Assembly: GCA_036172245.1 (NCBI GenBank)
Contig: JAYWIR010000013.1
Span: 992,001-1,056,000, forward strand
Direction: 5' to 3'
Source of the DNA: Raillietiella orientalis
Lineage: Eukaryota
DNA length: 64,000 nt
A program made the translations under genes and the position numbers. Position 1 is the first letter of the stretch, and every line of letters starts with the position of its first letter. The notes beneath the pieces are model-generated. The model did not search any database. It was not told the DNA's origin and saw only the letters and a program-made list of their open reading frames with translations. Positions 1-10,951 of the stretch are shown in pieces.

Positions 1-221
1 CACTTCTGCAGGGACGCAGAACGCCAGCACTGCGGCCGAGTGAAGTCGCCATCTGGAAGCGAAGCGCGAACCGAGGATGTGTCTCTGGATGCTGCTCACA
101 AGGAACGACCGAGAAGGCGAGCTCCTCCTTAGCATGCAGATGGCAGCCGCAGCGATCCGCGAGTAGCCACCTTCCTTGGATGTTTGACTGCCCCACGATG
201 CAAAGCGTGAGGGGGGATGAA

Positions 222-320
222 CTAAGGGAGGAAGAGGAAAAGGGAAGGAGGAACGGAGGAAGGAAGGAAGAGGAGAGGAGGAGGAAAGAAGGAGAAGGAA
301 GAGAGGAAGGGAGAGCAAAG
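222..320 (+). repeat. Polypurine (GA-rich) low-complexity tract
   Basis: Nearly pure A/G run of GGA/GAA units. Confidence 0.85.
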
Positions 321-577
321 CTACCGGACAGGGGGAAGCCGCGCAGCTGCAGAATGACCTTCTTCACGGGGCCTTCTTGACCGCTTCTCAGGGGGGAAGG
401 TCGGAGACAGGTCGTAGTCGGAAAAGAAGCCCACCAATGGGCTTGGAGAGCGCATGCCTGCTCCCCCCCTTCCCACTGGTGGAGGCATGAGGAGGAAGGG
501 GCGGGCGGCTTCCTTCCGGCTGCCTGCGCTTGGGGCGGGGCCAGGAGCGGCACGTACTGATGGGGAGACGCCCCTAG

Positions 578-1833
578 GTGATGTCCTCCTGCTGCTTCCT
601 GAGCTGGTTCTTCGGCGAGATCGGCTGCGTACACCCAGGGGCGTTCGTCCTTCCGGAAGAGGGCAGCGGCACTGCCCCCGACTTCTCCGTGCAGGAGCGC
701 TCCGGCCCGTCGGTGAGATCCGTGCGCCCTTCTTCCCTCCATTTGTCCGCCGGCTCCTCCCTCTGCTAGGAGGCGAAGGTGGACGACCCGCGCGTGCCGG
801 GTGGCCATGCGGCAGCCCCGCCGCCCGCAGCCAGCGACGAACCGATGCTGCTCAGGTCGGGTTCGCGGATCTGCAGATACGGGCTGCTGGACCACTACCA
901 GCCCAAGGACGCCGTGAACGGTGAGGGGCATCTCCCCGAGAGGATGGGGGGCGGGTCCTCTGCGCCTCGGATGGTGAGCCGCCGGCCGGCGGGTGACATC
1001 CCGCCTGCGTCGCACCGGAGCCAGAGAAAAGTTCTGTTCGAGGAGCCCCTTCTCCCCCGGAGCAGGACCACTTAGTCCCACTCGGACGGAGGTGCTCTCT
1101 GCGGGGCGGAAAGGGGCGGAGGTCGGCTACCCATTCCGCAAAGGGGACGAGGGGGAGCCCGGCTCAGGGAGAGGCGGGGCGAGGTCTCTTCCCAGCGTCG
1201 AGTTCCCTCCCCAGCTCGGGGGGATGGAGGAAAGAGGAAGGAGTTACCCTGCCGGAGGGTCGGCCGGCCTCTCTCCTCCCGCGCGCGCGCCTGTGCTGCC
1301 GCCTCTGGCGCTCTCCACGGAGACCTCCCCTCCCCTGCAGACGTGGAGGACCTCGTGCTGGCGAGCTGCTGCCTCATGCTGGCCTTCTTGTCCTCGTCCC
1401 TGGTTCTGGTCTGCGGCGCGTGGCAGGTGAGGCCCGGTCCTGGAGGCTTCCCACCCTGTCCCGCCCCACTCTCCAGGGTCGGAGGGTGCTGCTGGTACCC
1501 TACCTCTTCTGCGTCTGGCTGGCGGCGCTGGCGGTCCTGCTGGATGCCGTGGCGGCTCTGCGCGTCTACGGGATGTTCAGGGACGTCGACCCCGACCCGT
1601 GGACGTGCTTGGCGCGCGCCGCCGCCGACCTCTTGAACCTGGTCCTCCTGACCTTCTACTTCGTGTGCTGTCTGAGTCACTTCCACGTCCAGGAGGTGCA
1701 CAGGCGGGCGAGGGAGGAGTCCACTAGGGAGCTGCTGCACGTAGGTGAGGATGCGGCCGCCCGCGGCGCACCCCGCGCTGCCCCCTTCCGTCACCCCCGC
1801 AGGGACGCTTCTCGGAGCCCCGGAAGTTCGTAG
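578..1833 (+). CDS. 5'-partial spliced gene for a small multi-pass membrane protein, LAPTM4/DUF4728-like; exons 578-712, 770-920, 1341-1426, 1477-1833
   Basis: GT-AG introns 713-769, 921-1340 and 1427-1476 join in frame (phases 0, 1, 0; AAC G|AC gives Asp). Product has hydrophobic segments LVLASCCLMLAFLSSSLVLVCGAW, RRVLLVPYLFCVWLAALAVLLDAVAAL and LLNLVLLTFYFVCCLSHF. The 'G-x-W/x..R..LL.PY' and 'YF..CV.S' pattern resembles LAPTM/DUF4728 proteins. Upstream exon not identified; an extra intron at the donor-like site near 1745 is possible. Confidence 0.75.
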
Positions 1834-2339
1834 CCGACCGGGAGCCGGAGGGCGGCGGCACGGAGCACCGCCTTCCGCCGTTCAGCACGCGCGCCTGCGT
1901 GCCCGCCCACGCGGAGGGGATCCTCGCCTACGACACGTCGGTTCAGCAGGACGGTGGCGCGCCGCGCCGGGAGGACACCACGACGTACACTCCGAGGATG
2001 CCCCGAGGCGCCAGAGGGAGACCTCCCTCCCGATGACCTCCACCAGGGAAAGGAAGGGCTGGAATTCCCGCTCCGCCGGGGATCAAGGCGCGCGCCACCT
2101 CCTTCGCAGGGGTGGGGAAGAAAGCGTCCCCGCAATCTGTGCGTTCTCACTGGGGCTGCTCGTCGGCCTCCTTGACGGGGACCTTTGCCCTCCCGCGGCA
2201 CCCTTCTCTCCGGCTCCCCGACCCACCTAGAGGAGGAAGAGGGGGAGAGAGAGCATCGCCTCTTCCTCTGGGGCCCTTGCGTCGCCGTCGTCATTCTCTA
2301 GGAGTGCACTCGCCCTGGGGTCTCGGAACTTTGGCACGA

Positions 2340-2480
2340 GGAGCAGGGTAGAGGGGAAAGGGAGGAGGAGGAGGGTAGAAAGAAGGAGATGGAGAAAGGG
2401 AGGAGGAGGGAGGAGGAAGAGAGAGAAGGAAAGGGGAAAGGGAGGAGGGAAAGAGGGGAGGAGGAAAAGGGAAGAGGAGA
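2340..2480 (+). repeat. Polypurine (GA-rich) tract
   Basis: About 140 nt of almost only A and G. Confidence 0.9.
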
Positions 2481-5300
2481 TGAGGGCTGCTGGCGGCGGC
2501 GTCCCTCCCCGCTTTCAGAAGAGCGAGGCCGTTTCCAGGGACAGCGGGCACTCTCCTGTTGAGAGGGAGGCCTGCGAGCAGCAACGCCCACAGCCGTGCG
2601 GCAGCACGTTCGCGACTCCCAGATCCCCAGACCTCTAGGGAGTCGGCGCGCGCCCTCGCACTCCTCGCTCCAATGGACCTGAGCAGCGCCGGGCAAGGGC
2701 GCCGCGCCTTCCTCTAGAGAAGCGATCTCCCCTATCCTCTCCTTTGCGTCGCCTTTCGCTGGCGCGGCACTTCGCCAGATGACGCGGGCTCGCGTCTCGA
2801 CTTCCCGAGCTTCTCTATTTGAGGCCGGCCGGCCGGCGCTCGGGTTGGTAAGTGTAAAGGCAGCCTCGCCACACTTCCGGGCGTCTCGTCGGGCGGATGG
2901 AGAGGGAGAGGAGGATGCAGCAGAGCCGCTCTTCCGGCGCTCGAGGCTTCACCCCAGTCGGCCTGCTACCGCCGATGAAGAGTAACCTCAGAGGAGAGCA
3001 GATGAATCCCTGGTCTTCCGGTGCCACTCCTGCCCTCCGCGTCCCGGAAACCTGCGGAAAGCACGCAAGAGTCGCCACTCCCTCGTACTGTCGGCCTCCT
3101 TGGGCGGCAGGCGGGATGGCAGCTGTCGGGACCTCCTTTGCCTCTTCCCCAGAACGGGCGCGCTTTCAGCCCCAGGCGAGACCCAGGGCATTGGTGGGCA
3201 GGGCAGGTCGTCCCCTGTGGCAGCACCCCACCTCCTGCCCAGTGGGGGTGAGGGGCCGGGGCGTCCTCCTGGAGGAAGAGGTGGGATCTGGAGTGACGAG
3301 GAGTTGGCGACGAGCCGCCCTGACGCAGTGCGAGGTCGGCCTGACCGCCGCGTCAGGGCGACTCCCCGACGATACCCCTTCCCTCGCACGCGGCCCGACA
3401 TGGTAGGGAGTGGCACCGTCGAGAAGGGCCGGCGGTCGGAGAGGACAACTGAGCGGGCGGGACGAGTCGTGTCGCCAGGGTGACCTGCGGAGACGTTCCG
3501 CCAGGAGCTGCTGCCGGGGTCTTCCTGGAAGAACTAGGACGACGGGGAGCGCCTGGCGCGCAGGGGGAGGAGGAACGGGGACGGATGGCATGACCGGCGG
3601 AAGTGCCTCCGCCCGGGCATGAGGGAAGGAGGGCGCTGAAGAGGCCGGTCGACGAGGTCAGGGGGGAAGCGAGTGGGGGGAGGGGCATCAGGGACGGAGG
3701 AAGGGAGAGCTCTCGCGAGAAAAGCAGAACGACGAGGAGCGGATGGCGGTTTCTAGGCAACAGCTCGGGATTGAGAGCCTCCCACTCCTCGCGCGAACCT
3801 TCACCTGCTGCACCGGCGACGCCGGGAGGGGCAGCGGGGGACTGCGAGGGCCGCGCTGGATCGGAGTCGTTCCGCGGATCCTGGCACGCCCCCGAGGCGG
3901 GATGCGCGCGCGTGCCCCGGCGAGGTGGAGTAGGAGGAAGGGCGAGCGCTTCCAGGAAGATGCTCCCCGCGGGAAACCGAAGGGACCGGGAACTTCCCGG
4001 ACGCTCCAGGCGAGCCGCCTGTGGCGCCTCCTTTCCGGAGGGCGGCGCGGGGGGACGTCGCCCAGGCGAGCCGTTCGCGCGCATGGCGGCGTCTGCCTGC
4101 AGGAGAGAGGCCGCCACCGCGATCTCGCGGACGAGGACCGGGGTCATGGTTGTGCGACTTCTGCGGGTGGGAGCATTGGCTCTTCTGAGTGCTCGACACC
4201 ACCCAAGAAAGCACCGGAATCTCTGGACAGTGTCCGAGTTTCGACTCCTCCGGTGGGCGATCCGTGGGCGGCACGGTCTTCCTGACCGGAAGGGGAAAAA
4301 AGTCGAACGCCCTCCGGGAGCCCTAACGCCTCTTAGGGGGCAGCGAACTCTCGGTGGCTCGAAGAGGGGAGGGGGCGCCACGCCGGGAGGATGACACCTC
4401 GAGGATGATGACCTGAGGCGCGAGAGAAGAAAGCCACTGCCCCGATGATCTCCGGCGGGGGAAAGGACGGGCACGATACATCCGCTCCGGGAGTGGACCG
4501 CGATGTCCCGTCAACTCGAACAAACGTGTCTGGGGCGTCCACACACCAAAGGAAGCGAAGAGAATTACCTTGAGGGTCAACGGAAGTGATGACCTCCCTG
4601 CACCGGACTTCGGCGAGGCTCCCAAATGCTTGGTCGGATCGTTTGGGCCAGGATCATCTCCGTGGAGGGGCCTCCAAACAGTGGATTGAAGCTAGCGCAG
4701 TGTTCTGGTGACCATCTCTGTGGAAGGGTGTGGACCATTGGATGCTGAGGGAGTCCGGGATTCATGATGGCCGAGCCAGATTGAAGCCGCGGTCCTCGAT
4801 CCGGTGGAGGAGGTCGGGCCGAAGGACGGCTCTCCCCTCACCCCTTTCCTCCGCCAAGATGGCGGCGGTCCACCGCCACACCGCAGGGCCGATGGACGCC
4901 GCGGCTGCGCTACCCTACCAGGCCGACGGCTTCCTACCCCTGAGGGCAGCCTGACGCTTCAGAAAGCTGACCTCTTCCGACCCAGCGGCGCGAGATATGT
5001 CTCAAAGGTCGTGACCTCGGCGGCGCGCATCAGGGTGCACCCGAACGGTTGGGCAGGCGAGGCGGCGTTCGTCCCCGAGCTGAGTCGGACGTCAGAGGGA
5101 GCAGCACCGAAGGTGACTCTTGGAGATGCCACGCTTGACCTCGCGCTCGAGGAAGATGGCCTCCAGCCTGCTCCGCAGCGGAGGGCGTCCCGCGCGGAGC
5201 GCTCGAGGCGTTTTCCGTTCAACGGCGAGAGCGCCGTGGAGCGCGCGATGAGTCCCCAGGGCAACCAGGGGGGTACGACCGTCAATACGACGAACCGGAG
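2480..5300 (-). mobile_element. Heavily decayed L1/Tx1-type LINE ORF2 (endonuclease to zf-RVT-like C-terminus)
   Basis: Motifs in collinear order on -: LQES (5125-5114), GHH...GVWTPQTRL (about 4600-4520; cf. SDH...GxWKLN), LLFIGG (about 2990-2970), LWALLLAGLPLNRRV (2593-2549), SPHLL (about 2487-2473). Confidence 0.55.
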
Positions 5301-6449
5301 GCCCAGGTCAGGAGGCATCCCCGGAAACATCATGGAGTTGGTGCCCTTCGGTCAGTCCGCCCTCGGAGCCCGTTTGGGCTGGAACCCCGCGTCGAACGCT
5401 CCAAGACGAAGGGAGGGCAGCCGCTCTGGGCGTTTCGTGCCCGTTCGGTCAGCCAGCAGAGGCTCCGAAAGAGGGGGAGCAATCGGTTTCCCTCTACGAG
5501 AATCGCTCGCGGCGGCATGGACGCTCGAGGCCGCGTGGTCCCTGCAGCCTCGGGGCACGGAGGGTGGAGAAGTCGAAGACGGGTTGAAGAGGGCGGAGGG
5601 GCGGGGAAGATGGCACACCCGCGACCCCGCTCGCCCTGGCTTTCCCCTGGCACGGCCGCGGCCATCGAAAGGTGAGCGGCGAATGGCCGCGGGTCAAAGA
5701 GAGACCCCAAAGGTGTCGGGTGTCGGCGGGGGTGTAGGGTCCGCCCCAGTCCTCGAGGAAGGAAGGGACTGAGAAAGAGGAAGGGAGAAGTCGGAGGAAG
5801 TCCCTTCCGCCCCAACGAGGGAGGGAGTTAGCCAGCGGCGCTGCGGGGTGCCGGGGGCGACGGAAGAGCAGCGAAGAGAAAAGGGGGAGGATGCGAGAGG
5901 GCGCAAAGAAGCAGTATTGGGCGGCTGGTTGCGGCCGCCTGCGTGGTCCGGCGGGCTCCGTTGGCGCGCGCCCGCAAAGAAACGAAAGGGAACTTCTGCT
6001 CCTCCGGAGACGCCATCGTCCCCGTCGCCGTGGCAACGCGGAATCAGCAGAGTGGGGCGAGATCGCTTTCGGAGCCACCGACCACACTCGCCGCCCGTGC
6101 CAACGCGGGTCGTCTCCCTCCGCGCCGAGGCGGCTGGCGGTGGCCGCCTCGCCGCGGAGACTCTCTGGAGGAGCCCTCTGCTTCCCCGGACGTCGTCCTC
6201 ATCACGGGCACAGCTTCCCACCTCCCGCTCGTCCAGAAAGGGACATCTTTGCCTCCCTCTTCCAGGTTCGCGAAGACGCGGCGTGCTGCTCGAGGTGCAG
6301 GAGAAATCCCCGTGTGTGTCTGGGGGGCCCCTCTGGTCGCCAGGTGATGCGGACTGATTCCAGGATACGGACTGCTGGCCTTTCTTTCCCCCTCCCCCGC
6401 CTCTCCCGCTCACGCTCATCCTCGGGGTCGTCGCCGGACGCCACGGCGC

Positions 6450-6915
6450 GCGGCATCGGAAGCCACCTCGGCCTCACCTCACCGGCGCAGCCCACGGAAG
6501 ACGGGAGCGGAGGAGGCAGACTCCGTGCATCCTCCGAGATGAATCGCTCGAAAGAGATGGGGAAGAGGACCCAGAATGCCGAAGACGCTCCTCCTGGAGC
6601 GGGAGGAATCGGCCATACCGAGGCGCGGGGACTTCCGCGAGCGAACACGTCGAGTGCCGGAAGCGCGCGCGAAAGGGATGAATCGGGAATGGCGCTTCAG
6701 GCTTCCGCAGATTGGGGGACCACTTCCTTCCCGTGCGAGGCAGAGCGGGAAGGAAGTTCCGGAATTCCATCTCGAAGGCTGCTCCGGAGGAGACCAAGGG
6801 ATCGAACTGGAAGCTCCACCGCGGGGCATTGACATCTTCCTTGGAAGCTCGTGTCGTCAACTTCAGCAGAGGAGGGATCGCTTGCCTGTGTGACGTTTCA
6901 ACGGGGTGATTCTCT
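6450..6915 (+). mobile_element. Decayed LINE 3' fragment (zf-RVT-like)
   Basis: WKLHRGAL at 6808-6831 followed by NFSRGG..CLC, matching the W..LH.GLP...WTRG...C pattern of better-preserved copies in this window. Confidence 0.45.
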
Positions 6916-7229
6916 TCCTCCTCCTCCTCCCCTTCCTCTTCTTTCTCCTCCTCCACTGCCTCCTGCTCCGCCGAGTGAGGCTGCCGTCGCCTGCTTTCCT
7001 CCTCTCCTCCTCACTGATGCGGGCGCTCCTCGGCGTGCGTAGGTGAGGAGAGGGCGGCCAAGAGAGCACACAACCTTCCGAGAGACGGCGCGACCGCGGT
7101 CCGGTGCCGCGGAGTACTTCGAGCGCGGAGCGGACGTCCGCGGTTCCGGTCTGATTGGGTCTTCCCAGGAGACGGCGATCAACAGCCGCCTTGGGGAAAA
7201 AAACTCCCTCCCTCTTCCGCTGACCGCAG

Positions 7230-7560
7230 AGACGGCGGAGCCATCTGGAGAAGAAGGAGGGATGGCACGGTTCCGGAAAACTCTGATTCAGCTCCCTTTG
7301 CGGCGGTCGTTAGGTCCGTACCGGGATCCACGGTGACGTTGTCGAGCATCAGTCACGAAGGAAGCGCCGCTGAATCTTCCGGGTACTCTTCTCAGCAGAA
7401 CGCTCGACCCTTCCTTCCGGTCGGCAGAGAAGGAGGCATCGGGAGATTGCCAGGAGACTGCCTCCAGCGTGCGACAGGAGACGCCAGTTCGAGGAGACAC
7501 GGAGGGGGCGGCGGAGGACAAAGCGGTCCTGCAGGATGATCCGCTCGTGAGGCTGCCCAC
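7230..7560 (-). mobile_element. Possible decayed LINE 3' fragment
   Basis: Weak similarity (VSSNW...CRTLEAVS...RKIQRRFLR) to the zinc-finger and 'FKRxFxR' region of the 43.8-44.1 kb copy. Confidence 0.3.
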
Positions 7561-8049
7561 GGGCAGTCGAAGAATCTGCTAGCTCGAGTTTCCCCCCCCA
7601 GCGCGGCGATGCCACGTCTCCCAGGGAGACGAGAGCGCGCGCGCCCGCCAGCTGGGATCCCTCCTTCTCCCCTCCTCCCCTCCTCCGGAAGACTAGGCAA
7701 GAGGAGACCAGGATCTTCCTGGACTCTCGATCGGTTGCAGGCGTTCGTCGGGCCTCCCTCTGCCCCTCCCTTCCGGCAAACGAAGGCGCACCCCTGGTGA
7801 GGCAGCCGGGGTGGTCCCCAGGGCGGCGGAGGACAGAACTCAGTGCGTCCTGCTGGGAAGCGACCCTGGGAACACTCCGGCTCCCGTTCCCTGGTCGTCA
7901 AAGGGAAATCGCGCCCCATCTTCGTTGCGAGGCTCCTCCGCGATCTGCGCTTTTCCTCCATTCCTGGCTTTCTATCGCCCTCTCTTGGGGTGGAAAGGGG
8001 GGACGCGTGCCTTCGCCCCTTCTCCTTTGTCCACCCGCACCAGTGCGGG

Positions 8050-9100
8050 TGAATGGAGTAGACCGACGGGGGTCGAGCACAACGCGCTAGGCTCCCGGGG
8101 CATCCGGGCCGGCGCGGCCAAAAGTGCGCGGAGCCTGCCGTCCATGCCGAGCGCCGGCCTCCTCGCCGGTCGTAGGAATCGCATTAGCCTCGTTCCCGGA
8201 GGGGGAGGAAGGCACTTGTCATTATTCCGGGAAAGGCCTTCCTTGGGTTACCGTCCCAGAACGGCTCCCCGGGCGTTGCCGCAGAGAAAGTCGGTCCGCC
8301 CTCGCGCCATTCCCCGCTCCAGCGCGCGCGCGCAGACCGAGAACCCCACGGCGGTGAGCGGTCCAGGCTGCCACTAGCGGTGTACGCGGAGGCTGTGAAC
8401 GCCCTGCAGACGCGCGGCTTTCGACATCCCATCTCCTCCTCCTCCTCTTATTGTCTTCCTCCTCTCCTGCGGCCGATGGCGCCGCCGGCGATACCGGAAC
8501 GGCGCGTCACGTCCTGCTCGCAGTGCGCGCAGCCTTTCGGGAGCACGAGAGGGGGATGTGGGCGAGCTGGAGGCAGGAAAGAAAGCGGGGAAGCGGCGGC
8601 GCTCGCAGATCGCACAGCCGGAGCTGCCCTTGCATCCGCTGTCTGGACCGCCGGCTCCTTTCGCGGGCGACAAGCGGAGCGACTTCCCCCGATAAAGTGC
8701 CGGAGGACGTCCGGCGCGCCGTCCCTCTTCCGGGAGGCGTGCGCCCGCGACGAACCCGGCGGGCGGTGCAGTGGGGAGGCGAGCGGACGCTCCAAGGGCG
8801 GTGACCGGCGGCGGCGCGCGCATGCCTCCTCCCACTGGCGCCGAGGACACGCGCGCGGCTGACAGGAAGACGCGCCCCGACGATCCTCCGGCTGGAAGAT
8901 TGGGGACACCCGTCGTCCGGGCCTCTCCCGGCGAGGCTGCGGTTCCTGGGAGCCACCGCCCCATCCCGGCTGGTGGGTGGGGGCTTCGGCCGCGCGCGCT
9001 GCCGGAATCCGTCCCGGCATTCTCCGTTCGCTCCGCCCGTGTCTCCTATGAAATGCCGTCGCGCCGGCCTCTGCCGTGCCCTGCGAGCGCCCGGGCCCGC
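8050..9100 (+). mobile_element. Decayed non-LTR reverse transcriptase remnant
   Basis: Collinear degenerate RT motifs across shifting frames: NALGSRGI (8081; cf. KAPGPDGI), LSLF...YRP (about 8216-8257), AAFREHE (about 8527; cf. KAFDRVE), DVRRAVPLPG (8707-8736; cf. GVRQGCPLSG), AAD (about 8855; cf. YADD). Confidence 0.55.
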
Positions 9101-10516
9101 AGCCATGTCCCTAGCGGCGAAGCAGAGAGGTCCAACGCTTGCTCCCCGTCCGCTTGGTCCGGGGCGATGCCGGGCGATCCGCGGGGGGAGGGGGCAGGCG
9201 ACGTCCCCGTGGCACCGCAACGGCGCGGAATCCGTTCCAAGGAAGGGTTGACCCGCCCCCGATTTTCCTGGGTGGCCGGCCCCCGCCTCGCCATTCGAGG
9301 CAGCCGCCGTGGAGTCGCCGGCTCAGCACGTCCTAGACCGGCGCGGCGCCTGGCGGGCGCGAACGGCAGCCCTCGAGTGATGTCCGTTCGACGTGAAGAG
9401 GAACGGCTTGGCCGTTCTTCGAACCCCCGAGAAGGGCGAGGGAAGGCACGGACCTTCCTGTTCGCGGTTCCTGCAAAAAGCCGGGCTCTCGATCGTAGGC
9501 ATTCCGAGGCAAGGACGGAAGGAGGGGGGGGGGGTAGGCGAAAAACCGCGGCAAGGGGCGCTGAGCGGACCGAATTCCGGCTGGGACGGGCGAGAGGCGC
9601 GAGCCAAGGGCGAGACACAGGCGTCGCGAGGACGCAGGCTTCCATCGTTTTCTTCCTCGGCGAGAGTCCCGTCGGGATGAGCGCGAACAACGCGGACCCC
9701 ACGCCTGCGGTCGTCGCCGCGGTGGTCGTTCGCGCCAGAAGGGGGAGCGGAGCTCCGCGTTTTCGATGCGAGGATGCGGCGGCGGTGCCACCGAAGGGGA
9801 GCTGCGGAGAAGCGCGCGCGCAGCTGCCAGGTGTCGGCGTCGGAAAAAAAAAGAAAAGAAAGGGGTCGCACTCTGACCTTTTCGGACGCACGAACGCCAC
9901 TGATTGCTGGTCGCTACGGCGAGACGTGGGTGCTGGGTGAACCGGCCTCGAGCGGCGAAGACTCCGGGGAAACCCGGTGGTGCGTCGTCGGAGGTCGAAA
10001 GCAAAGATTCGCTGGCTCCAGCGACGACGAGGCGACCAATCAGCTCGTGCCTCAGCCCGCCATCCGACCTCTACGCTCCTGATGAATGACCCGAAGCCAT
10101 CCCAACGACGGCGTCGCCCCCCCCGCCGGTGCCATCGGCGGTTTTTTCGAGTAACCGAGGGTTGTTGGAGGGCAACGGGCAGTCCTGCCCAGCGAGAGGC
10201 TGTCCCTGCCCTTCCGCTGCGTCTACGAGCCAGGATCCGTTCACAGAGAGGGAGGAACGAAAGCAGGACCCGCGCAGCGGCGTTCGAACCTGCCCGCGAG
10301 CTGCGCACGCGCGTGCTCAGCAATGCGATCCCGCGCCTGAGGATTGGAAGGAACGGAGGGTCCCTTCGCCCCCTCCCTTTCCCCCGCGAGAGGGCCGAGT
10401 TGTCCGATGACTCTCCTCTCTCCCCCTCGGGTGAGCAGCAGCATCTCCGTAGGTTATCGATCGATGTGGGTCGGGAGGATTTACAGCAGGGTGACGCAGT
10501 GGAAGGGTGCAGCCGG

Positions 10517-10556
10517 TAAACAACAAGGCGATGAGAGAGTGTGAAAATAATTTATT
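10517..10556 (-). terminator. Polyadenylation signal of the ARHGAP20-like gene
   Basis: AATAAA on - at 10556-10551, about 400 nt after the stop, followed about 25-35 nt downstream by GU-rich TTGTTGTTT. Confidence 0.7.
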
Positions 10557-10951
10557 CTCATTTTCTTTCTTTCCGACGGGAGGAGGAGGAGCAAAAAACA
10601 AAAAAACAAAACAAAACGCACGCGCTCACAACTCTTTTAAGACGCGCTTCTCTCAACACGGACTCCGCCGGACGTGGAACGCCGCTGGGAGTCGAGTCTG
10701 GCCGCCGTACTGGAGAGGACACCTGCCTCCCGGAGGAGAGATCGCGTGCGCAGATCCAACGCGGAGCCTTCCCTTCAGGAAGCGCTGGCGGTTCCCGGAT
10801 GGGGGGATCGGAAAAGCTTATCACAGAGCAAAGGCCGCCGGCGCCAAGCGACGTGCAGGGAAGCGACTCCTCGACCCGACTTGTGACTACGCTCGACGCG
10901 AGCAGGGGAGGAACACGGGACGACGACGCCCTCTCGCCTGGTGGCGCCGTT

